Source: Macrostomum lignano (Eukaryota). From it: a DNA stretch of 64,000 nucleotides. Position numbers and translations under genes: made by a program. The DNA is taken from contig NIVC01002326.1 in NCBI GenBank assembly GCA_002269645.1, positions 28,563 to 92,562 on the forward strand, written 5' to 3'. Shown here piece after piece: positions 37,101 through 47,739 of the stretch. Under the pieces are notes generated by a model, which saw nothing but the letters and a program-made list of their open reading frames with translations, was not told the origin of the DNA and did not search any database. Position 1 is the first letter of the stretch; each line of letters starts with the position of its first letter.

Positions 37101-37987
37101 ACCAGGCTCCAACCCAACCTCTCCGCATGACCATGAAAATCCAGCCAGATTATCAATTGAAACGAACGCGCGGAACCACTTACCTGACGGACCATATCCA
37201 ACCAACCAATCGATTAGCCATTTCCAGCAATACTTTGATCGCATCTCAAACTATGCGAGTAGATGCCGTGTATAATTTAATTGATAGATACACAACGTGA
37301 TTCACTCACCATAACAACAGCGATATGCAAAAAAACATGATAAGAAACAAAAAAACGATAAAGAAATAACTCACCGCCCGAGTACATCTGCTGCAAACTC
37401 TGCTGCCTATTAGCCTCAGCATAGGCCTCGCCCATAGAGCTGGGGAACAGCTCAATATAACGGTGGCCCATATTCTCCTTGTTTTTAGACATTGCTCGCA
37501 TAGCAACGTCAGGAGCGGTGAACTGCACGTAGGCCTCGCCAGACGGCTTGCCGCTATCGTTATAGACCATCAGGATGCCGTCCTTCACAATAGTGTAGCC
37601 GTGGAAGAACTCTCTAATAGAGGCGAAATCGGCCGAGAATGGCAGGCCGCGCATGCGCAGCACGGGCTCGCGCAGCGAGGAATCCGAGCCGGACCTGGGC
37701 AGCACAAATTTCATCTCGTTCTCATTAGACGGGAACAGTTCAACGTAGCGCTTGCCAATGTGCTTCCGGTCGAATTGCATAGCCGATTTAGCGTCGTCAA
37801 CTGTGTCAAATTCCACGTACGCCTCGCCGGACGGCCGGCCGAGTCCGTCGCGGGTCAGATGGACGCCTTTTTGGCCATCTTTCACAGCGCAGCCTTCGAA
37901 GAATTCAACAATAGTCTCCGGGGTTACATCGAAGGGTAGGCCGCGCATACGAATCACGCTGCTCTGGACGTCACCGTTGGATGGCAT
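34195..37987 (-). CDS. HNRNPF/H: hnRNP F/H-family RNA-binding protein with four quasi-RRMs and Gly/Tyr/Pro-rich linkers, 4 exons, ~507 aa
   Basis: join(37987-37375, 36399-35711, 35153-34967, 34229-34195), phases 1,0,1. There are four (M/L)RGLP[FYW]...GEA[YD]V.F...RY[IV][ED][LI]F units. The last one is completed by a 35-nt exon not in the ORF track (GTRYIEIFLRY*). Confidence 0.9.
34400..34947. repeat. 24-bp minisatellite containing AAACCCTAA, hnRNP intron 3
   Basis: Units CTCAAACCCTAATACCCGTCACTG / CTCAAACCCTAACACCCACCAATG. Confidence 0.93.
35189..35585. repeat. 22-bp minisatellite, hnRNP intron 2
   Basis: Unit GCATCACTAGCTACTCCAATGA. Confidence 0.96.
36545..37045. repeat. 21-bp minisatellite, hnRNP intron 1
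   Basis: Unit CCAATCCAACCAACCATGTGG. Confidence 0.95.
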
Positions 37988-38288
37988 TTTGTGTTTGCTA
38001 TATGGGTTATACTTGATCCTTAATCAATAATGATGATTGATTTATTATTGCTTGAGCTGGTGAACTAATTCAGCTGAAAACATGATTATTATTGTTGGTA
38101 TATTAGATTTCAGATTATGCATTGATAAAATAATAATAAGACAAACTTCTATCTACCTCATAAAATTAAATATAAATATATAAGCAATTTGGAAATCAAA
38201 TAATATATAATGGACAGTGACAACAATAAATGGCATTGTGAACAAGCATAATGAAGATTGATATTTAAAAATAAGCCATTTGATATAA

Positions 38289-38709
38289 TGCTAATTAGAT
38301 CTAGTGGTGCTACTGTACATGTAGCACTTGCTTATTCCATACCAAGTGCTTGCTTTTAGCTAAAGACCTAAAGATGAGTTCCCTCTATAGCCTTGAGAGT
38401 CGGCAGAGTCAAGTTTTTGCTCTGTGGTCTGCAGTATAGAGTGGAGCCAAAATTGCTGATCATCTTTTCTAATTCCATAATGAGAACAGCATTAGGAAAA
38501 CAGCTATTTGAGGATGAATCCAATAGTTCAAATATGGCCAGTCCAATTTGAATGACCAGGTAGCCACACTCCAGCCATCCCCACAGGGTGAAAACTTGAC
38601 TCCGTTGACTCTCAAGGCTCTGGTGAGAACTACATCATTAAAGCTTTAGCCAAAAGCAAGCACTTGGTATAGAATAAGCAAGTGCTAGCACCACTAGATC
38701 TGATTAGCA
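38289..38709. mobile_element. MITE-like element with ~120-bp imperfect inverted arms
   Basis: TGCTAATTAGATCTAGTGGTGCTA...GCACTTGCTTATTCCATACCAAGTGCTTGCTTTT is mirrored at ~38590-38709. No TSD was identified. Confidence 0.65.
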
Positions 38710-39006
38710 ATTTAATTGGTTTCATCCATAGACATTTCCACATATTTTTGACAAATTTAAAGTTAACTTTTGCAAAAAATGATAATGTAAAAAGGACACT
38801 GTAGACATTTGAGGTTGTGTAGCATTAATATTAACCTTCCTTCACATTTCCTAGTGTAACTCTTAACTGAAACTAGATAAAAAGGAAATTCAAATGACAA
38901 GTTTTTTGTTAAAAAATTATCATTAGTTTGATAGGTAAAATATTAAAAAAATAGTCAAGGTACTAAGGAGCTAGAACAAACATTCTGGGAACTTTTGGGA
39001 CACCTC

Positions 39007-39740
39007 TCATATATGCACCCATATGGCAAAGTCTAGGGGGGTTAGGTCTGGCAACTGTGGTGGCCAGAATGATATGCTTTTTGTCAACCAATTCTGTACA
39101 TTGGTTATATCAGCAAAGGGAGTACAATGTGCTTGCGGGAAGTTTGCTTGCCAAATTTTGCTTGCCAAACTTTGCTTGCCAAACTTTGCATGCTGAACTT
39201 TGCTTGCCAAACTTTGCTTGCAGGAACTTTGCTTGCCAAACTTTGCTTGCCAAATTTTGATGTCTGCTTCCTAGAAGTTTGTAATCACTATTGCAAGATT
39301 TTAATTTGCTGAATTCTTTTCTTGTTTGCTTGCTTGTGAAGTTGGTCAGTCAATTACTACTTACTGCAGATGCTTTGCAAGTGGATTCTTATCAGCATCA
39401 ATGTAAACTGACTTGACACTAAGCTTTCTAACTAGGCTTATATAGTTTCATTCTAAGAATTTAGTATATAGAATGATTAGAGATCAAATCTTGATCAAAT
39501 CTTGGCAAATTTCTGCAAGCAAATTTTGGCAAGCAAAGTTCCTGCAAGCAAAGTTTGGCAAGCAAAGTTCCTGCAAGAAAACTTTGGCAAGCTTATATGC
39601 AGCAAGCAAATTTCCTGCAAGCAAAGTTTGGTAAGCAAATTTCATACACCCATCAGCAAAGGCACCATCCTACTAAAAAACATATAGCTTACCCACTATG
39701 ATTTTAGTTACCCACAGCAATACATTCATCCAAAGTGGCA
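39007..39740 (-). pseudogene. Decayed Tc1/mariner (DD37D/maT-like) transposase fragment split by a nested insertion
   Basis: After removing 39118-39651 plus one TSD copy, the frame reads GKLYVF**DGAFADITNVQNWL...FWPPQLPDLTPLDFAIW. This is the YVFQQDGA..H and WPP.SPDL.PLD motif pair, with CAG>TAG stops. Confidence 0.75.
39118..39651. mobile_element. Non-autonomous Foldback/Mutator-like element
   Basis: 9-bp TSD ATCAGCAAA (39109-39117 and 39652-39660); termini GGGAGTA...TACACCC; inverted arms built from ~14-bp AAACTTTGCTTGCC repeats. Confidence 0.75.
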
Positions 39741-40480
39741 TTGTAATTGACTATATATAAAGGGTGATAACCCTTGGTAAATGATATAGATAGCATAACC
39801 ATACCATTAGAAATGACAACTTTAAGAATTGTGACTAAGATAAAGTGCCTAGTGGTAAACACCAATTGACCTTCTCTGTCATCACTATTGAAGCTGACAA
39901 ATCAATAATTCTGTTTATTAAAAACTGGATCTATTGTAAATGTCTTTTTTGTTAAAGAAGATCAAGTTTTACTTCAATAAACTTTCCAAAGTATTTAGAA
40001 TTTTTTTAACATTCTAGACAAACTTTTCTATTTATCCATCAGTACTAGCTATTCAATATGTGAAAGATAAGTGCTGCCAACCTTGTGCATAGCTTTATAG
40101 CACCTAACATAAGAGCACCTAGATATAAATGCATCAATTATATATTTTTAAACTTATTTGATTAAGGATATATATAGGTTTTTATATTAACTATGTTAAA
40201 GATAAGAATAATATTTATATAATTTGTATATAATAAATACAAATTTAGTAGATAATATTAGGATTTTTATATATTAACCTCTTGAAATTTAGCTAGCTCA
40301 GCCTAAGTGCAATTAACAGGTTATTTTATAAAAATATAACTTTTATACATTTTAAATGTTTAAAAATTGCAATGTCTTATTTAAGCCATACTTTCTTTTT
40401 TATATTTTACTCATCTTTTTCTTATAATTATTCATAAAAAAGCATTGCTATACATTAAAAATGGCACAAAAAATACTAAT

Positions 40481-41267
40481 GGCTCATTCCATATAAGCAC
40501 GGTCGTAACATGACAGGTTATTTTTACTTATAAAATGAAATCTAATAATAGAATATGCTAAACCAATATTTTAAATGAAAGATTATTTTGTCTAGAATAT
40601 ATTTATAGAGTTTCATATAGATATCATCATTAGTATAGATGCTATTAAACCTTAAATGACACTTATGGTCGTAACGACAGGATTTTTGACATATAGAAAC
40701 TAAAAGGTAAAAGTCTTATAACATTTTTCATTTTTGATATTTTGCGATACATTTTTAAAATTTGACTAAGAACATCTTAAGAAATCATACTCTTTTATTA
40801 GAATATATAAACTCAAAAGGCAACAAAGATACAAAAGAAAAGGCAGCCTTATGGTCGTAACATTATGGTCGTAACATATTTTTTTCTGTCAATTCAGTAA
40901 CTTTGAGGTACTAATACATTAAAAATATAATAGATTATTTGGTCACCAATGCTTTTATCTAATGATGCAAGTACTATACTTTTATCTATAGTTTGTTTCA
41001 ACCTTCAAAAGCTTTCTATTTGTTTTTAAAAGGTACAAAATCTTAATGATGTCTTTTGCTTCGAAAAATGTCCAAATTTTTATAAAAATGACTTTTTGCC
41101 ACTTGATAACATACTAATCCAACATTTTACCATTCCTTTATTCTTAGATTGTATATATTGCACATAAAAAAACATTTGGTAAAAAAATAGGCTAATTAGG
41201 CAATGGCAAGCAAAAATATTGACTTTTTTCTATTTTCCAAATATGTCCATCTTATATGGAATGAGCC
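40481..41267. mobile_element. Non-autonomous DNA transposon, 17-bp TIR, 4-bp TSD
   Basis: Perfect TIR GGCTCATTCCATATAAG (40481-40497 and 41251-41267) flanked by TAAT on both sides; internal repeated GGTCGTAAC motif. Superfamily not assigned. Confidence 0.75.
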
Positions 41268-41704
41268 TAATACATTATGCTTCTTATAAATAATATAGAT
41301 TGTTAGTGTCATCAATTTTAATTTATCTTCTATGGTTAGACTAAAGTATACAGTATACAAAGTATACAAAAAAATAAATTTTGTATTGGTAGCTATGGAT
41401 AATTAGTCTCTTCAATTTTAATTTGTCTTTTATGGTTAGAGTCTATTTGTATACTGAGAAATGCAACATTATTTCATTTGAAAATGCTGCATATTACACA
41501 TACATGCGCAACTGCTGGCCGACCTGGCCGATCCGGCCACCGTAAATCGTGGCTGACCAGGGGTAAGTCGCAAAATTGAGTCAACCAAAAACAGAAAAAC
41601 ACAAGAACCAAGAAAGGCAAGAGGAAAGCGAAAGAAAGAGCAGTTCAAGGAAAATGGTGAAGCAAAAGAAAAACTATTCGCAAAAGAAGCAAACTAAGTT
41701 GTAA

Positions 41705-42570
41705 AAATAATCAGGTAAGTCGCAAAAAGGATCAGGTAAGTCGCAAAAGAAGCAAACTAAGTCGCAAAAAGGATCAGGTAAGTCGCAACAGGAATCAGGT
41801 AAGTCGCAAAAGAAGCAAACTAAGTCGCAAAAAGGATCAGGTAAGTCGCAAAAGGGTTAGGTAAGTCGCAAAAGGGTTAGGTAAGTCGCAAAAGGGTTAG
41901 GTAAGTCGCAAAAAGAATCAGGTAAGTCGCAAAAGGATCAGGTAAGTCGCAAAAAGAATCAGGTAAGTCGCAAAAGAAGCAAACTAAGTCGCAAAAGGAT
42001 CAGCTAAGTCGCAAAAGGATTAGGTAAGTCGCAAAAAGGATTAGGTAAGTCGCAAAAGGGTTAGGTAAGTCGCAAAAAGGATCAGGTAAGTTGTAAAAAT
42101 AATCAGGTAAGTCGCAAAAAGGATCAGGTAAGTCGCAAAAGAAGCAAACTAAGTCGCAAAAGGATCAGCTAAGTCGCAAAAGGATTAGGTAAGTCGCAAA
42201 AAGGATTAGGTAAGTCGCAAAAAGGATTAGGTAAGTCGCAAAAGGGTTAGGTAAGTCGCGAAAAGGATTAGGTAAGTCGCAAAAAGAATCAGGTAAGTCG
42301 CAAAAGGATTAGGTAAGTCGCAAAAGGGTTAGGTAAGTCGCAAAAGGATTAGGTAAGTCGCAAAAGGGTTAGGTAAGTCGCAAAAGGATTAGGTAAGTCG
42401 CAAAAAGGATTAGGTAAGTCGCAAAAAGAATCAGGTAAGTCGCAAAAGGATCAGCTAAGTCGCAAAAGGATTAGGTAAGTCGCAAAAGGATTAGGTAAGT
42501 CGCAAAAGGGTTAGGTAAGTCGCAAAAAGGATTAGGTAAGTCGCAAAAAGAAGCAACTAAGTCGCAATAA
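41705..42570. repeat. ~20-bp satellite (AGGTAAGTCGCAAAAGGAT[C/T]) inside the hAT/P-like element
   Basis: Direct tandem periodicity. Confidence 0.95.
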
Positions 42571-42725
42571 GAGGGAAGTAAGTCACAATCAGAGGCAATC
42601 AGGGGGTAGTAGGTGCAAGTGTGGCAAGAGAGCAAAAACAGAATAGAAGCCTTCAACCACAGACAAGATCTTTGAAATCAGAAGCCCGCGTCAACAGTTT
42701 CCCATTGATTTCTTAAACTCTGGAG

Positions 42726-43480
42726 CAGGGGTTGGCAAACTCCGGCTCGCGAAGCCCCTCTATCTGGCCCTCGCCCCTCGGGTTCTTTGAAACTTCCTAA
42801 CCAGCAAGGTTGGTGTCTCTTCAACTCTCATCTCTCTCTTCTTCTCTACCTTGCCTCCCCTCTTCTCTCTCTCCCCCTTTTCCCTCTTCTCTCTCGTCTC
42901 ATTTTTACTCTCCTCTCTTCTCCCCTTTCTCTCTACCCTTTCTCCTCAATGCCCTCTTCTCTCCTCTTATCTTCAGCAAAAATATGTGCATATTTTCTTA
43001 CTTCAAAGTAGAGGGAATAGAAGATTAGAGATAAGCAAACAGAGGAGAGGCGAGCGATGCGATGGGAGAAAAGATAGAAGAGGAGAGAAAAGCTGAGGGA
43101 GGAAAAAGAGATGAGAGAGAAGAGGAGATGAGAGGAAAGAGGAAAGAAAAGATGATGGATGAGATCAGAAGAGAGGAAAGAGGAAAGAGGAGAGAGTAGA
43201 TGAGAGAAGAGAGGATAAAGAGGAGATGAGAGGAGAGTGAAGAGAGGAGAGATGAGAGAGTAGAAAAGAGAGGAGAGATAAGATGAGAGAGTAGAGTGGA
43301 GAGAGACGAGAGGGAAGATAAGATGAGAGAGTAGAGTGGAATGGAGAGAGACGAGAGGAGAGATAAGAATGTAGAGAGGAGACAGAAGAGATAGGAGAGG
43401 AGAGGAAAGAGAGAAGGGATAAGGGATGAGAGAGAAAAGAAAAAGAGGATGAGAAGATTGAGGAATGGAGAGAATTTGCA
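42726..43480. mobile_element. Nested Charlie-like hAT MITE left end followed by CT-rich then GA-rich low-complexity tracts
   Basis: CAGGGGTTGGCAAACTCCGGCTCGCG at 42726 and the following sequence match the element at 53148; the right TIR is not clear. Confidence 0.55.
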
Positions 43481-46166
43481 AAGGCCTCAAATCTTAGTTT
43501 AACATGCATTACTCCCATCTTTGCCTTTTTCCTAACTGTTAACAAGTTTTTGTTTGAGCATGACTTCAAATTTAGAATCTATGCAAAAATAGTTCCGGGA
43601 ATTAGAATTCAGTGGTTTAAAAATCTGTGGGTTTTCACAGCTTGTATCTCTACTGGATTCGTATTCTGCATCTGATGAGCCATCTGAATCAGGGCTCTCA
43701 TCTTCCATGCCAAATCGTCTAGCAAATCGTTCTTGAGCTATAGGTCACACTGTATTCTCTTCACTTACTTCTGGACATTCATGAATCATGACTTTTGTAG
43801 TATGCTCACTACACTGTACTGACAATTTACTAATTGCTTCATGCCGCCACTAGATGACATACTGATTAGCTGTTATAAAAACGCGAAATCTGCACGCAGC
43901 ACTAATTAGCTGGCGAGGCAATTAGCTTTAAATTATGGTCATAGTTACTCCTGCCGTTTACCTAAAGTTTTTGCTTTGCTCTTTCATAGGTAAGTCGCAT
44001 TTTTTATCGAAAACTAAGTCGCACGGCCAGCGTAATTTCAGAAGTTGCGCATGTATGATATTACATTAGCTATACATAAAACAAGTTAATATACTTGAGA
44101 ACAAAGCTTTAGATTATTATATTAGGAGTAATAGAATTGAAAAATTGCTTCTAGGTTTCTAGAACAACTAAATGTAAAAAATCCTACAAAAAGTTGTTCA
44201 TAAATTTAAGTATTATAAAACTTGCACATTTAAGGTAAAAATAAAACCTGCACAAAAAAATTGCACAACTTTTTTTTCTAGAATTGCCATGCAAAGATTC
44301 TATCCTTTAGTATAGGCCTAACTGAATTTTTATAAAATAAGCTTTTTTAAAACTAAATTAAAACTGAAATGAAAATGAATAGCATTTTAATTATATTTTA
44401 AAATGATTTGAATATTCATTACAAATAGAGAAGTTCTTAGGTTATTATAAGTTATAAATATTCTATTAATACAAAATGCTAACAATATACAATGATGTGC
44501 ATGTATCTGCATGGCTAACTGAATTTTAGGTTGCACATATATGCCTTACATATAGTTTTTAATTTTATATGTAGAATTTACTTTAGAATAATATTTTTTA
44601 ATAAAATTTGTATGTTATAGCTGTACTTCTAACATTATTTATAATGTCACATCCAGACATACCCAATACCTGTCCGAACTGGATTGGTGAAATAGCCACT
44701 GGCTAAGGTAAGTCACAAAATTGAAAATGCAAAAACCAAAAAATTGGGGGAAGAAAGAAGGGAAAGGAAGAAAAAGGAAAAGAAAGGAAGAGAGAGGGGG
44801 AAAGAAGAGAAATAGAAGAAAAGATAAAATAGCAAGAAAAGTCTTATACAAAATGAAAATAATGAAAGGAACTGAGTCACAATTGGGAGAAACTAAGTCG
44901 CAAATCTAGACAAAACTAAGTCACACTGGATAGGTAAAATTTTGAGGTTGGGCAAAATTGGGTAAAATTTGTGATGGATCCAAATTTTGGATTTGGAATC
45001 TGAATCCAAAGTCTTACTTTTTTTAATTTGAATGGTTTGGATTTGGAAGTTTTATTTTCCAAATGCACTTCTAGAATCATCTCGTAGAAACATTTAATCA
45101 CAGTAATCATTGTTTAAGTGTAATAATCATTTTTTTTCAAAATGCAAATGCAATAGACTATATGCACTGCACAGTAAAGTTATCAAATTGCACAAACTTG
45201 ATACTAAATTACTAGACAGCCAGACTCTAGATAGTATACATGTACGCCAGAATTTTCCAGCATACAGAGACCTAGATTACACATTGGCATACAACTTGGC
45301 GTACAAAGGCGCCTGGCGTGCCCTCTTGGCGTACAGCTTGGCGTATAGAGATTGCCGAGACCAGCAGGTGGGACCAAAAGTTCCAAGTCCCAACAATCAA
45401 TCTACATAATTAGCATACAAAAATGATTAAGTTTGCATTTGGCATAGTTTCTATGTACATAGTTATAATAGCAAAATTTTGATCAGAAAGAATGGCCAGC
45501 CTTTACGAAAAAAATGGAAAACTAAATTTTAAAAACCATGTTTAACCTTTCCAAGAAAGTAAAAGCAAAACAAAAAGTTAAAATGAACTAATTCTCTACA
45601 GTTTAGTAAAAAGATTTTCAGTTTTAATACATAGGTTGTTTGAATATTAAATTTTGCAAGCTTTTAATATTAGTTGTAATTTGTAATTTTTATTTTGGCA
45701 TATTTTTATATGCAATAAAAAGTTCATTGGTGTACATTGGCATGCATGAGCTACAGAAGCAATTTTCATTCCGGCATACAGCAGTACACAATCCTGACCC
45801 TGGCTAGACAATTACTACATTGTCAGTTAGTATTAGTAATTGGAATTAGTTAAATTAGATATATAAGAATTAGTTAAATTAGATATATCATAAAAATTGA
45901 GTTCAATTCTAAGTTCAATTCAATTCAGATACTATATAGATATAGATATAGTATAAGCCCAAGATTAGATTGAATCTTGTCAGTGAATTAATGTACAGTA
46001 CTAATATGATAACTAATTAGATAACAAAGCATTTTTGTCATTGAAAGGTGTATTAGTTACTCCCACCATTTACCTTTTACTTTTGTCTATATTCGGAAAC
46101 ACATTCGGATATTTCTATTTGGATTTGGATTCAAAATTTTATTATACATTTGGATTTAGTTTTGGA

Positions 46167-46637
46167 CCATAGTTGGGAAGGTGGCACAGTGTGCACCAGA
46201 ACTATTTTGATGGCTTTTGAGCATTGTGCGCCATGTGCCGTGAAGAAAATATTTTGTGCGCCGCAGTGCGCTATGATAAGGTAAGTCTAAGGTAAAGTAA
46301 GGTAAGGTAAGGTAATTAATAATTCACTAGTAAACAAATTTGAATTTATGGTAGACAAATTTGAATTTCATTTACATATTTTATATTGTGATTTACATAA
46401 TTTTAGTACTCTTTGATAGTATAAAATTTTATTTTACGAATTATGGAATTAGGCCTGACACTATATATTTTGCAAAGTATAATGAAGTGTAACTATATAT
46501 TTTTTCAGCGCCATGCGCCATGTGCGCTGCCAGAGCATTTCCAATTTTTCCTTGTACCCCGTGTATGCTGTGTGTGCCAAAAAAGGGCCAATTTGCACCG
46601 GAAAATTCACCAAAAACTGCCACCTTCCTAGCTATGG
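46167..46637. mobile_element. MITE with 8-bp TSD (hAT/P-like)
   Basis: TIR CCATAG(T/C)T(G/A)GGAAGGTGGCA; TSD GTTTTGGA at 46159-46166 and 46638-46645. Confidence 0.75.
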
Positions 46638-47739
46638 GTTTTGGAAACTTGCAAAAATCTACATTTGGTCTATCACTAATGTATATAAAGTTCAACTTTT
46701 AGGAAAAATAGACCTAATGTAAATATTAATATTATTATATACTTAGGCCTAGTATTATTGGATAAATAATAATGTAATGACTTTATTTACCCAGTACCAG
46801 AGATGAATAAAAGTAACATTATTTATCTAATACTAGATAAATAAATAGTCACTGCTTTTGCTAATTGTTAGTTGTTAGTAAAAAAAGCCTTTGCAACTTA
46901 CCTTTGTAGGCATCTAAGCATATTTTGGGGCCTAAGCACCTTTCTACTTTGTACTAGGCCTAAGGCATAAGGCCTAGACCTTCTTGCTGCTTAGGAAAAA
47001 TTAGGCCTAGTTCTACACACTCAGTTAGTGTATAATTAGGCCTCACCTATAAACTTAAAGCAAACCTTGTACTTGGTAACTTGGGCTGTGCCTAGACTCC
47101 TAAATTAAATCTTTAGGCTTAGGTCTTAGGTCTAGCCACTTAGGTAGCAAATAGAAAAAATAGGCCTATGTTTGTGATTACAGTTGTTGGAATATAGCCA
47201 AGATAGCAGGCTCATAAACAGATAATAATTCAGTAGCCTAAATCACAAAAGTGATGATAAGGTCTACTACTTTAATGGTTAACATCATGCCATGCTATGC
47301 CATTCATGGGTAGGCCCTATGGGTTGACCACTGTCCACTACCACTGACTGGATCGCTTAAGTTCTAAATTCAAAACCGAAAAAACAAAACGCGAAAAAAC
47401 TAAGAAGGGCATTCTTAAAAATTCTTTAAAAAAAGGTAGGTCCTTTCTAACATTACCATTTGCCTTTTTTATAAATTATTTCTTGCTGAGACTCATCCCG
47501 TCCGGCTGCTGAGAGTGCTGCTGCATGCGTGGATGGATGGATGGATGGATGGATTGTGACGCCGCGGTCCACTCGGTTTATTTTTAATTTTTTAAACCGA
47601 AACAAATTTGAAATTTCTTTAATTCCTTAAAGTTAGAAATATTGTTTAAAAACAATAATTTTGGTTTTAAAATAGTTATTAGAGAATTCATTTTATTTAA
47701 ACTAGTTTTATTTTGTTATAGTTACTTTGTCTTTGGGAA

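Larger units (their letters stand above)
41499..44057. mobile_element. Non-autonomous hAT/P-like DNA transposon (2.56 kb) carrying a satellite
   Basis: Perfect 15-bp TIR CATACATGCGCAACT (41499-41513 and 44043-44057); perfect 8-bp TSD ATATTACA; no transposase ORF. Confidence 0.82.

Noticed and set aside
42787-43569. Ser/Leu-rich ORFs in the CT/GA tracts (also 53257-53673)
   Set aside because: Low-complexity purine/pyrimidine DNA inside transposon relics.
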